A stretch of 39,375 bases of DNA from Acetatifactor sp. (GTDB taxonomy: Bacteria > Bacillota > Clostridia > Lachnospirales > Lachnospiraceae). Below are positions 15,742-23,891 of the stretch, piece after piece (the stretch's first letter is position 1; the number at the start of each line of letters is the position of its first letter). The position numbers were made by a program, and so were the translations under genes. Below the pieces are notes generated by a model, which saw only the letters and a list, made by a program, of their open reading frames with translations, made no database searches and was not told where the DNA came from. The DNA lies in the NCBI GenBank assembly GCA_045639165.1, contig JAZUCP010000220.1:1-39375 (forward strand), read 5' to 3'.

Positions 15742-16380
15742 ATGCAGAAACTTATTGAAACTTTGAAGGAGTTTGGTCTTGCAATTCCGGCAGAAAAAGA
15801 AGCTGATGTAAAAGCAGCACTTGCAAAGCACTATAAAAACGTTGCTGAGCATGACAAAACGGTATCCAAGATTGACGGAGAACGTGATGCCTGGAAGAAA
15901 AGAGCAGAAACAGCAGAAGATACCTTGAAATCATTTGAGGGCATCGATCCGGCAAAAGTAAAAGATGAAATTGCCACATGGAAAAAGAAAGCTGAGGATG
16001 CTGAGGCTGAATACAATTCAAAGATGGCAGAACATGAAAAAACAGAACTTCTCAAGAGCGCGTTTGAGGGTATCGAGTTTACTTCTGAATCTGCCAAAAA
16101 GGCTATCTGGAGCCAGATTTACGAAGGTGTCACCGTGAAAAACGGCAAATTGATTGGGTTCAATGATCTGATTGAGGACGCGAAGAAAAATGATGCATCT
16201 GCATTTGTGGACAAACAGCAGCAGAACCTGGAACAGAACAGGGCACGCATCACATCAAACGGAAAACAAAACCAGAGCAATAACGGGGTTCTTACCGCTA
16301 AAGAAATTATGTCGATTAAGGATCCGGTAGAAAGACAGCGGAAAATTGGAGAGAATATTTCGCTGTTCAAGAAACAGTAA
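15742..16380 (+). CDS. Capsid scaffolding protein (GP20-like)
   Basis: AGGAGG SD; charged coiled coil, position before capsid, I..IKDP.ERQ..I..N..LF tail. Confidence 0.8.
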   Translation: MQKLIETLKEFGLAIPAEKEADVKAALAKHYKNVAEHDKTVSKIDGERDAWKKRAETAEDTLKSFEGIDPAKVKDEIATWKKKAEDAEAEYNSKMAEHEKTELLKSAFEGIEFTSESAKKAIWSQIYEGVTVKNGKLIGFNDLIEDAKKNDASAFVDKQQQNLEQNRARITSNGKQNQSNNGVLTAKEIMSIKDPVERQRKIGENISLFKKQ

Positions 16381-16389
16381 TTTATAACA

Positions 16390-16453
16390 ACCGCCTGCGC
16401 GTATGAGTGCAGGTGCTTCCCTAAATCCCTTTAAAAATTATGGGTAGAAAGGA
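16390..16453 (+). promoter_or_regulatory. Structured 5'-UTR motif, copy A (major capsid)
   Basis: ACC-[GCCTGCGC/GTGCAGGT]-...TAA..TTA-TGGGT-AGAAAGGA. Confidence 0.6.
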
Positions 16454-16460
16454 ATTTTTT

Positions 16461-17360
16461 ATGCCTAGAGAAAACCTTATTACATCTGCTGATATTCAGG
16501 TATCCGCAAGAGAACTCGATTTTGTAAGCCGTTTTGAAAACAACTGGGATCATCTGATGGAGATCCTTGGAATTATGAGGCCCGTCAGAAAGCAGCCGGG
16601 CGCAGTGCTGAAAAGCAAATATGTTGAAGGAACCCTTCAGAATGGAAAGGTTGCAGAGGGAGAGGAAATCCCCTACAGCAATTTTAAAGTAAAAGAAAAA
16701 GCATATGAAGAAATGACCATTGAGAAGTATGCAAAGGGTGTTTCTATTGAAGCAATCACTGAACATGGTTATGAGAATGCTGTTCAGATGACAGACGATC
16801 AGTTCCTGTTTGAGCTTCAGAATGATGTAACCGGAAGATTCTATACCTACCTGAATACAGGAACCCTGACCGGTACAGAAGCCTCTTTCCAGATGGCTCT
16901 TGCTATGGCAAAAGGTAATGTAATCAACAAATTTAAGCAGCTTCACAAAACCGTCACCGGAGTTGTTGGATTCGTGAATGTACTGGATGTGTACCGCTAC
17001 CTTGGATCTGCAGATATCACTGTGCAGAATCAGTTTGGATTCCAGTATATCAAAGATTTCATGGGTTACAATACCGTGTTCCTGCTTGGAGATGAAGAAA
17101 TCCCGCAGGGCAAGGTTATCGCAACCGCTGTAGAGAACCTTGTTCTGTACTACGTTGACCCGGCAGACAGCGACTATGCAAAGGCTGGTTTTGATTATAC
17201 CACCGGTATTGGTCAGACCAATCTGATTGGCTTCCATACTCAGCCCAACTACGGCAATGCAGTTTCTGAGTCCTATGCAATCATGGGTCTGGTACTGTTT
17301 GCAGAGTATCAGGATGCGATCGCAGTAATCTCTGTTGATTCTGCAAGCCTGGGGGAATAA
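16461..17360 (+). CDS. Major capsid protein
   Basis: AGAAAGGA SD; L..ILGI.R, V.EGEEIP, KY.K.VS.EAI...GY motifs; position after scaffold. Confidence 0.9.
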   Translation: MPRENLITSADIQVSARELDFVSRFENNWDHLMEILGIMRPVRKQPGAVLKSKYVEGTLQNGKVAEGEEIPYSNFKVKEKAYEEMTIEKYAKGVSIEAITEHGYENAVQMTDDQFLFELQNDVTGRFYTYLNTGTLTGTEASFQMALAMAKGNVINKFKQLHKTVTGVVGFVNVLDVYRYLGSADITVQNQFGFQYIKDFMGYNTVFLLGDEEIPQGKVIATAVENLVLYYVDPADSDYAKAGFDYTTGIGQTNLIGFHTQPNYGNAVSESYAIMGLVLFAEYQDAIAVISVDSASLGE

Positions 17361-17515
17361 CTGGCTATAGCTTAAACAGAGCCTTTACGGAGGAGAGCCT
17401 TAATGACATGACGATATCAGAGATTAAGGCTCTCGCCGCAGAACTGGGCTATAGCATAACAAAAACCAGAAAGGCAGAAATAATTGCCGAGTTTCTTTCG
17501 CAGCAGGAGGGATGA
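17351..17515 (+). CDS. Probable -1 frameshift extension of capsid (Rho-N/HeH-like domain)
   Basis: -1 frame open from GGGGGAA to TGA 17515: ...ESLNDMTISEIKALAAELGYSITKTRKAEIIAEFL. Confidence 0.65.
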   Translation, partial: GGITGYSLNRAFTEESLNDMTISEIKALAAELGYSITKTRKAEIIAEFLSQQEG

Positions 17516-17518
17516 TAA

Positions 17519-18022
17519 ATGTCATATGTGAGTTATGAATATTACAAGTCCCTATATGGAGAAGATTCTATTTCTGAAACGGAGTTTAACCGCATAAGTT
17601 GGGAAGCTGAGCGGGAAATCGACAAATCGACAACGGGAATAGACAATATTCGTAAATTGAAGGTTGCTTTTCCTGTTTGCGAGTATGATGCAGAAACTGT
17701 GAAAAGATGTGTGTGCAATCTGATTCGAACCATGTACCAGATCGATCTGGCATCCAAAAGTATGGCGGATGGAATTGGATATGAGAAAACGGAAAACGGC
17801 ATCAGGGGGAAAGTGATTTCTTCCGTATCTGCTGGAAGTGAGTCTATCACATACGGAAACGGACTGACAATGCAAAGCACCATCGGAAAAGCAGTGTCTG
17901 ATGTAAAGGAACGAAGCAGAATATACCGTGAGATCGTCACAGATGCCCTATCAGGCATAAAAGATTCGAACGGGGTCAATTTACTGTACATGGGCAAATA
18001 CCCATGCGTAAACAGCTTATAA
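17519..18022 (+). CDS. Head-tail adaptor protein
   Basis: MSYVSYEYY...VKRCVC...SSVSAGSESITY...LLY.G signature. Confidence 0.75.
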   Translation: MSYVSYEYYKSLYGEDSISETEFNRISWEAEREIDKSTTGIDNIRKLKVAFPVCEYDAETVKRCVCNLIRTMYQIDLASKSMADGIGYEKTENGIRGKVISSVSAGSESITYGNGLTMQSTIGKAVSDVKERSRIYREIVTDALSGIKDSNGVNLLYMGKYPCVNSL

Positions 18023-18044
18023 AAGAATACAGAGGGGGTGTGAA

Positions 18045-18503
18045 ATGTTCAACACAACTGTTACGGTATTTAACCGGTATTATAGCAAACAGCTTGACAA
18101 ATATACATGGTATCCGCATGTAATCCATAACTGCTACTTTAATGCCGATAAAGCCGCGAACATTGAGAAGACAGGTCTTGCTGATGCGGATTCTGCGACA
18201 TTACACATCCCGTTTTCTTTTGAAGATGGAAAAACAATGATCGGCGACATGGAATATATGGACCCGATCAAATGGGCAAAAGAGCCTAATGATACTTATG
18301 GTGATATCATAACTTTTTCAGAGGGGAAGGATTTCTTTCTTATCGGAGAGTATTCAGAACAGGCTGTTTCTGATTCTGAATATATGACCGGTGGTGTACT
18401 TGGATTCAAAGATTATATGAAACGTAATTACGACCACGTATATACGATCAATTCTTCTGGAAAGTACAACCTCATTCCGCATTTTGAATTGAGGGGATCC
18501 TGA
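18045..18503 (+). CDS. Head closure/stopper protein
   Basis: TVTVFN...PHFE termini; synteny. Confidence 0.65.
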   Translation: MFNTTVTVFNRYYSKQLDKYTWYPHVIHNCYFNADKAANIEKTGLADADSATLHIPFSFEDGKTMIGDMEYMDPIKWAKEPNDTYGDIITFSEGKDFFLIGEYSEQAVSDSEYMTGGVLGFKDYMKRNYDHVYTINSSGKYNLIPHFELRGS

Positions 18504-18504
18504 C

Positions 18505-19011
18505 ATGGCAAACAAGAAAATGCTTCCCGTAAAGCATGTGCGGTTTAATGTCAAGTATCCGAATGCAACAGGAGTCCTTGAACTGGACCTTGAAAGATTT
18601 GAGGGACAATATGACAAAGCACAGTATTGGCTTGATAGTCGCGTGATGACAGATATGGTGCCATTTATGCCGATGCGTACAGGAACTTTCATCCAAATAA
18701 CCCGCGCTATGTCGCAATCTATGGCAGGAACTGGAAAGGTTGTTGCAGCCGCGCCACCTTATGGCCGTTTCTTGTATATGGGAAAAGTCATGGTGGATGA
18801 AAAAACAGGATCTACTTATGCAAGAAAAGGTGCAAAAAAGGTCCTTGTCAGCAAATTCGCCGGAATGACCAATGCGAAGGAAAATATCGAGTATAGCAAA
18901 AACGCAAATCCTAAAGCAACCAGTAAATGGTATGAAGCTGCTGAAGAACTATATAGAGATTCGTGGATTGATGGAGTAAGGAAACGTGCAGGAGGTGGAA
19001 ATGGTAGGTGA
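18505..19011 (+). CDS. Neck/tail completion protein (A118 minor capsid-like)
   Basis: FMPMRTG, PYGRFLY.G and W.E.A motifs; synteny. Confidence 0.7.
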   Translation: MANKKMLPVKHVRFNVKYPNATGVLELDLERFEGQYDKAQYWLDSRVMTDMVPFMPMRTGTFIQITRAMSQSMAGTGKVVAAAPPYGRFLYMGKVMVDEKTGSTYARKGAKKVLVSKFAGMTNAKENIEYSKNANPKATSKWYEAAEELYRDSWIDGVRKRAGGGNGR

Positions 19012-19504
19012 AGTGAAACCCATAGGAATTGACAGTACGGGATATGAGCTTTTGACGGAGGCTGTCAGAAACATGTTGAATTCTTATCCTGCTCTTCCAT
19101 TCGGCACAATAATCCGTTTTGAACAGCTGGACGAAAGATCCGGCATTGCATTTTCTGCTGATAATGGCTCTTTAATTATTGCTGAGAAGCAGTCTGTCAC
19201 AGGAAAGATTACCAGAACATGCAGTTATCCGTTTTATGTGGTATATCGTGCGTCTGGAGATCTGGAAAACCAGAAGATAGCAATTCAGGAGTTTCTGGAT
19301 GGGATCGGGAAATGGATTTGCGGCGAAGCTATTGAAGCCAATGGTGATGCATATGTTTTGAAACCATATCCTGAGCTTTCTGATGGAAGGAAGATCACGA
19401 GAGTAACAAGAATGAACAGTTATGGACTGACCCCGGGAGATAGCGGGATACAGGACTGGCTGATGCCATGTACTGTGGAGTACATGCATATATATAACAA
19501 ATAG
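19001..19504 (+). CDS. Tail terminator protein
   Basis: GGAGGTG SD; position immediately before major tail gene. Confidence 0.6.
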   Translation: MVGEVKPIGIDSTGYELLTEAVRNMLNSYPALPFGTIIRFEQLDERSGIAFSADNGSLIIAEKQSVTGKITRTCSYPFYVVYRASGDLENQKIAIQEFLDGIGKWICGEAIEANGDAYVLKPYPELSDGRKITRVTRMNSYGLTPGDSGIQDWLMPCTVEYMHIYNK

Positions 19505-19560
19505 ACCGGCACGCAAATGTGCGTGTTGCTATAACCCGGAAAAGTTACGGGTAGAAAGGA
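19505..19560 (+). promoter_or_regulatory. Structured 5'-UTR motif, copy B (major tail)
   Basis: ACC-[GGCACGCA/TGCGTGTT]-gcta-[TAAC-8nt-GTTA]-CGGGT-AGAAAGGA. Confidence 0.7.
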
Positions 19561-19567
19561 CGATTGT

Positions 19568-20089
19568 ATGTCTAAATTGAACAGAGAGGCACTTGCCCAT
19601 TTTTTGGATACTGCATGGAATAAATCTGTTGCAGACGCGTCCAAAGCAGTATTTGAAATTATTGGTGATGACATTGAGGATATGTCAGTAGAACTCAACT
19701 CCGACACCGAACAGACCAAAAATATTCTGGGCCAGACCAAAACTATGGATAACGGATTTTCCCCGACCATGAGCGCAGATCCGTTTTATGCGGACCCGGA
19801 CAAGCTGTTGTATCCGAAGCTGAGAGATATTGCTATGAAGCGTCTGAAAGGTGCAGACTGCCAGACATTAATGATGGAAGTTATTGTGGAGGACACTGAA
19901 GCAGAAACCCATGCGGCATATGTGCGTGAAGTGATTGTAAAACCCACTTCCTACGGCGGCGGTACTGAGGGCTTCAACATTCCGTTTGAAGTGTCCGAAA
20001 ACGGTGCATGGGCAGAGGGAACTGTTACAGCGGAATCCCTTAAGACTGGAAAACCTGTCTTTACAGCCACAGAAGCAGCGCTGAGTTAA
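19568..20089 (+). CDS. Major tail (tube) protein
   Basis: IG.DIE.MSVELN..TE..KNILG and SYGG motifs; acidic; synteny. Confidence 0.8.
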   Translation: MSKLNREALAHFLDTAWNKSVADASKAVFEIIGDDIEDMSVELNSDTEQTKNILGQTKTMDNGFSPTMSADPFYADPDKLLYPKLRDIAMKRLKGADCQTLMMEVIVEDTEAETHAAYVREVIVKPTSYGGGTEGFNIPFEVSENGAWAEGTVTAESLKTGKPVFTATEAALS

Positions 20090-20110
20090 TGAATTTTAAG
20101 GAGGAAAAAT

Positions 20111-20524
20111 ATGAAAGCGACAAAACAATTTACTACGGGTGTCATCAAGTTTACCTTTACGGATGAAGATGGGGATGTGTTTTCTTCTTTCCGAATGAAT
20201 CCTACGGATGTGAATCTAATCAAGAGGGCTGAGGAAGTATCCGAGTATTTTGCGAACAAGAAGGTCGAGGGTGGATTTGCCACAACAACCGAACTTCAGG
20301 AATACAATAAGGAGATCGAGGACAAGATAAACTATCTTCTTGGGTATGATGCAGGAAGTGAGATTTTCGGACAGATTACAGCAACAACCATTTCTCCGGA
20401 AGGTGATATTTTTGCCTTTGTTGTCCTGGACTACATCATTGAAAAACTCCAGCCGGAGATTCAGAAGCGCAAGCAGGCTATGCAGAACGCAATGACCCGG
20501 TATACGGGGAAATATAAATCATGA
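20111..20524 (+). CDS. Tail assembly chaperone
   Basis: Between tail tube and gp15-like gene; AAGGAGG SD. Confidence 0.65.
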   Translation: MKATKQFTTGVIKFTFTDEDGDVFSSFRMNPTDVNLIKRAEEVSEYFANKKVEGGFATTTELQEYNKEIEDKINYLLGYDAGSEIFGQITATTISPEGDIFAFVVLDYIIEKLQPEIQKRKQAMQNAMTRYTGKYKS

Positions 20525-21102
20525 CGGGCTACGAATTACCCACCTCTCTGAATGTTGGAGGGGTGGATTGTTCTATAAGGACGGATTTTCGGGCAATTAT
20601 AGATATTCTGACAGCTTGGAATGATCCTGACATCGATGATGATTGGTGCAGGACTTTAGTTATGTTGCAGATTATGTATGTGGATTTTGACAAGATTGAT
20701 TCCTCACATTGGAATGAAGCCATTGAAAAAGCTTGCGAATTCATAGATTGCGGCCAAAAGCCAGATTCTAAAAAGAGGCCGCGTCTTATGGACTGGGAAC
20801 AGGATGCGTCATTGATTATTCCTGCTGTAAATAAAGTGGCACACACAGAGGTGCGTGCTTTGCCATATCTGCATTGGTGGACTTTTATATCTTATTTTAT
20901 GGAGATTGGTGACAGTTTATTCTCAACTGTGGTTTCATACAGAAGCAACCGGGCAAAAAATAAAAAAATCGAACCCTGGGAACGGGAATTCTACAAGGAA
21001 AACAAGAATATCATAGAACTTGATAAAAAGGATGAGCGGAGTGAAGAAGAGAAGAATGAGCTCCGGGCATTGTTTGGTATAAATAAACCGGTGCGCAGAT
21101 AG
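20521..21102 (+). CDS. Gp15-like tail assembly protein (A118-type)
   Basis: I.TDFR, D..QD...I and YLHWW.F motifs. Confidence 0.75.
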   Translation: MTGYELPTSLNVGGVDCSIRTDFRAIIDILTAWNDPDIDDDWCRTLVMLQIMYVDFDKIDSSHWNEAIEKACEFIDCGQKPDSKKRPRLMDWEQDASLIIPAVNKVAHTEVRALPYLHWWTFISYFMEIGDSLFSTVVSYRSNRAKNKKIEPWEREFYKENKNIIELDKKDERSEEEKNELRALFGINKPVRR

Positions 21103-21140
21103 ACGCGCACTATTAACCTGGAATAGTTACGGGTAGGAGG
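21087..21140 (+). promoter_or_regulatory. Structured 5'-UTR motif, copy C (tape measure)
   Basis: ACC-[GGTGCGC/GCGCACT]-at-[TAAC-8nt-GTTA]-CGGGT-AGGAGG. Confidence 0.7.
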
Positions 21141-21146
21141 TGGCTT

Positions 21147-23507
21147 ATGGCTGCTGATGGATCAATTATCATCGATACGCGGATAGACACAAGGGGATTT
21201 AAAACAGGAGCAACAAATATAAAATCCCAGTTTGGAAAACTTGGCGGTGTTATCGGAAAACTAGGAGCAGCGATCGGTGCGGCATTTGCTGTTCGATCTA
21301 TAATTAATTTTGGAAAAGAAGCCCTGGAACTTGGTTCGGACTTGCAGGAAGTACAGAACGTTGTGGATGTGACTTTTACCACAATGTCAGACAAGGTGAA
21401 CGAATTCGCGCGGAATATGGCATCTGCAGCAGGACTGTCAGAGACAATGGCAAAGCGTTACACAGGCACATACGGCGCAATGTCAAAATCCTTTGGATTT
21501 GCCGAATCAGAAGCATATGAAATGTCTACCACTCTTACACAACTCACCGGTGATGTGGCATCTTTCTACAACATTACGCAGGACATGGCTTATACAAAGC
21601 TGAAATCTGTTTTTACCGGCGAGACAGAGAGCCTAAAGGATCTGGGTGTTGTTATGACCCAAAGCGCCCTTGATGCATATGCGATGGCGAATGGATTTGG
21701 AAAAACAACAGCCAAAATGACAGAGCAGGAAAAGGTGGCTTTGCGTTACCGTTTTGTTTTGGACCAGCTGTCTGCTGCATCTGGCGATTTCATAAGAACA
21801 TCGGACGGATGGGCAAATCAGACCAGAATCCTCAAATTGCAGTTCGACAGCTTAAAGGCGAGCATTGGTCAGGGACTTATAAATCTTCTGACACCTGTAT
21901 TAAAAATGATTAATACATTGCTTGCAAGGCTGAACACCCTCGCTGCATCGTTCAAGTCGTTTACAGAGATGATAACGGGCAAAAAGTCCAACTCCGGTGC
22001 AAGTATGGCCTCAGGATATACAGAGGCTGCAGAAAGCGCTGAAAACCTTGCAGGGGCAACATCTGAAGTCGCACAAGCAACCAAAGATGCAGCAAAGGCT
22101 GCGGAAGGTTATCTTTCGCCTCTGGATGAAATAAACAAAATGAATGCACCTGAGGCCGCGTCCTCTTCCGGCGGTGGAGGAACATCCATTGGCGGCGGTG
22201 CATCTGTGGATTACGGTTCCCTTGAAGAAGGGGAAACCATTGTTGATAAAACAGTAGAATCATTTGAGAAGTTGCAGGCTGTGTTTAAACCGATAAAAAA
22301 GGCCTGGGCAGAATATGGACAATCGATCAAAAGCACATTTAAAGGCATAGGGTCCGATCTTGCAAACTTTGGAAAAGAATTTTCCGGAATGGCCGTTGAT
22401 TGGTTTTCTGGTCTGGACTTTTCTCCCTTGTTTGGATCATTTGATTCTCTGATGAAAGTGCTGCGCCCGTTGATAAGCACAATAACAGATAAATTGTTGT
22501 GGGCATATGAAAATGTGCTCTTGCCTTTTGGAAAGTGGACCATAGAAAAAGCATTACCTGCAGTAATCGACTTTTTAGCCTCAAAATTTGATCTTTTAAA
22601 AACGGTCATAGATGTTGTTTCGGATGTGATTGTCTTTTTATACAATCACGTATTGAAGGATCTTCTGGAAATGATTGGAAAGGTTGCCATCAACGGAATA
22701 GAGTTTTTGACTGGGTTCAGCACTTTTGTAAGTGGTGTCTTTTCCGGAGATATGGAAAAAGCATTTGAAGGACTTAAAAAAATGCTGACAAGTCTGGAGG
22801 ATGCGTATAACACTGAATTTACCTATATTCAAGAAAAGATCATGATTCCATTTGATCGTTTTTTGTCAAAGGTATTCACCATTGATTGGAGAAATGCTTT
22901 TGGAATTCTCGGTAACAACTTAAATGCATTTTCGGCCAGTGTAAAAAGCGTATGGGAAGGACTTAAACAGGTTTTCAATGGCATTAATACATTTATACAG
23001 GGTGTATTTTCTCAAAATTGGAGGCAAGCATGGAACGGTGTGAAGCAAATTTTTGTAGGTATATTCGAGTCATTGGTCGGATATGTGAGCACACCAATAA
23101 ATAGCATTATTGGTATGATAAATACATTGATAGATCTTGTTGTTGAAACTCTGAATTACATAACAGATAAGGCAAACAGTTTGCTTTCCAAGGTTCCGTC
23201 TTGGCTGAACGGAAACAAGCACTATTACAACCATATCAACATACCACGAATTCCATACTTGGCAACAGGAGCTGTTATCCCGCCCAACGCGCCGTTTATG
23301 GCAATGCTTGGAGATCAGAGGCACGGCAACAATATTGAAGCCCCTGAAAGCCTTATAAGAAGAATTGTAAGGGAAGAAAGTGGCGGAGGTGCAAATGGGT
23401 ATACGTTTGTTGGTCAAATTAATAGGCGGGTGCTTTTTGAGGAGTTTATAACCGAAGCAAAATTAAGGCAGCAGACCACGGGAAAAAATCCATTTGAGTT
23501 TGCGTAA
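21147..23507 (+). CDS. Tape measure protein
   Basis: MAADGSIIIDT start, SDL.EVQNVVDV, periodic W/F repeats, IPYLATG...PE C-terminus. Confidence 0.9.
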   Translation: MAADGSIIIDTRIDTRGFKTGATNIKSQFGKLGGVIGKLGAAIGAAFAVRSIINFGKEALELGSDLQEVQNVVDVTFTTMSDKVNEFARNMASAAGLSETMAKRYTGTYGAMSKSFGFAESEAYEMSTTLTQLTGDVASFYNITQDMAYTKLKSVFTGETESLKDLGVVMTQSALDAYAMANGFGKTTAKMTEQEKVALRYRFVLDQLSAASGDFIRTSDGWANQTRILKLQFDSLKASIGQGLINLLTPVLKMINTLLARLNTLAASFKSFTEMITGKKSNSGASMASGYTEAAESAENLAGATSEVAQATKDAAKAAEGYLSPLDEINKMNAPEAASSSGGGGTSIGGGASVDYGSLEEGETIVDKTVESFEKLQAVFKPIKKAWAEYGQSIKSTFKGIGSDLANFGKEFSGMAVDWFSGLDFSPLFGSFDSLMKVLRPLISTITDKLLWAYENVLLPFGKWTIEKALPAVIDFLASKFDLLKTVIDVVSDVIVFLYNHVLKDLLEMIGKVAINGIEFLTGFSTFVSGVFSGDMEKAFEGLKKMLTSLEDAYNTEFTYIQEKIMIPFDRFLSKVFTIDWRNAFGILGNNLNAFSASVKSVWEGLKQVFNGINTFIQGVFSQNWRQAWNGVKQIFVGIFESLVGYVSTPINSIIGMINTLIDLVVETLNYITDKANSLLSKVPSWLNGNKHYYNHINIPRIPYLATGAVIPPNAPFMAMLGDQRHGNNIEAPESLIRRIVREESGGGANGYTFVGQINRRVLFEEFITEAKLRQQTTGKNPFEFA

Positions 23508-23519
23508 TGGAGGATATAA

Positions 23520-23891
23520 ATGCAAGATTACATCAGATTCAATGGTGTAACAGTCAAACAGCCGGATAAATATTCGGCTGTTTTGGCTACAACATCAACA
23601 AACGATTCAGATAGGGATATGGCATTGGTCATGCATAATACTCCTATTGGTACAGTGGCAGGATATGACATGGAGTGGTCATATTTAACAGCTCAGGAAG
23701 CGGCTGAGATATTATCACAGGTGCTTAACAGGCCCAGCTTCACCGTGCACTATTACAATATTTTAAGTGCATCATGGGAAGATGGAGAGTTTTATGCTTC
23801 CAATTTCAGTGCTCCTGCAAAGATCCTGGAAGAGGATGGAGAGTATTGGGAATCATTATCATTTAACATAAGGGGGATTGATCCTGTATGA
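23520..23891 (+). CDS. Distal tail protein-like
   Basis: Small beta-rich protein directly after tape measure. Confidence 0.6.
   Translation: MQDYIRFNGVTVKQPDKYSAVLATTSTNDSDRDMALVMHNTPIGTVAGYDMEWSYLTAQEAAEILSQVLNRPSFTVHYYNILSASWEDGEFYASNFSAPAKILEEDGEYWESLSFNIRGIDPV

Noticed and set aside
20503..20524. Lambda G/GT-type -1 frameshift between tail chaperones at GGGGAAA
   Set aside because: The -1 frame hits TAA before the next gene's ATG; the genes are simply coupled by ATGA
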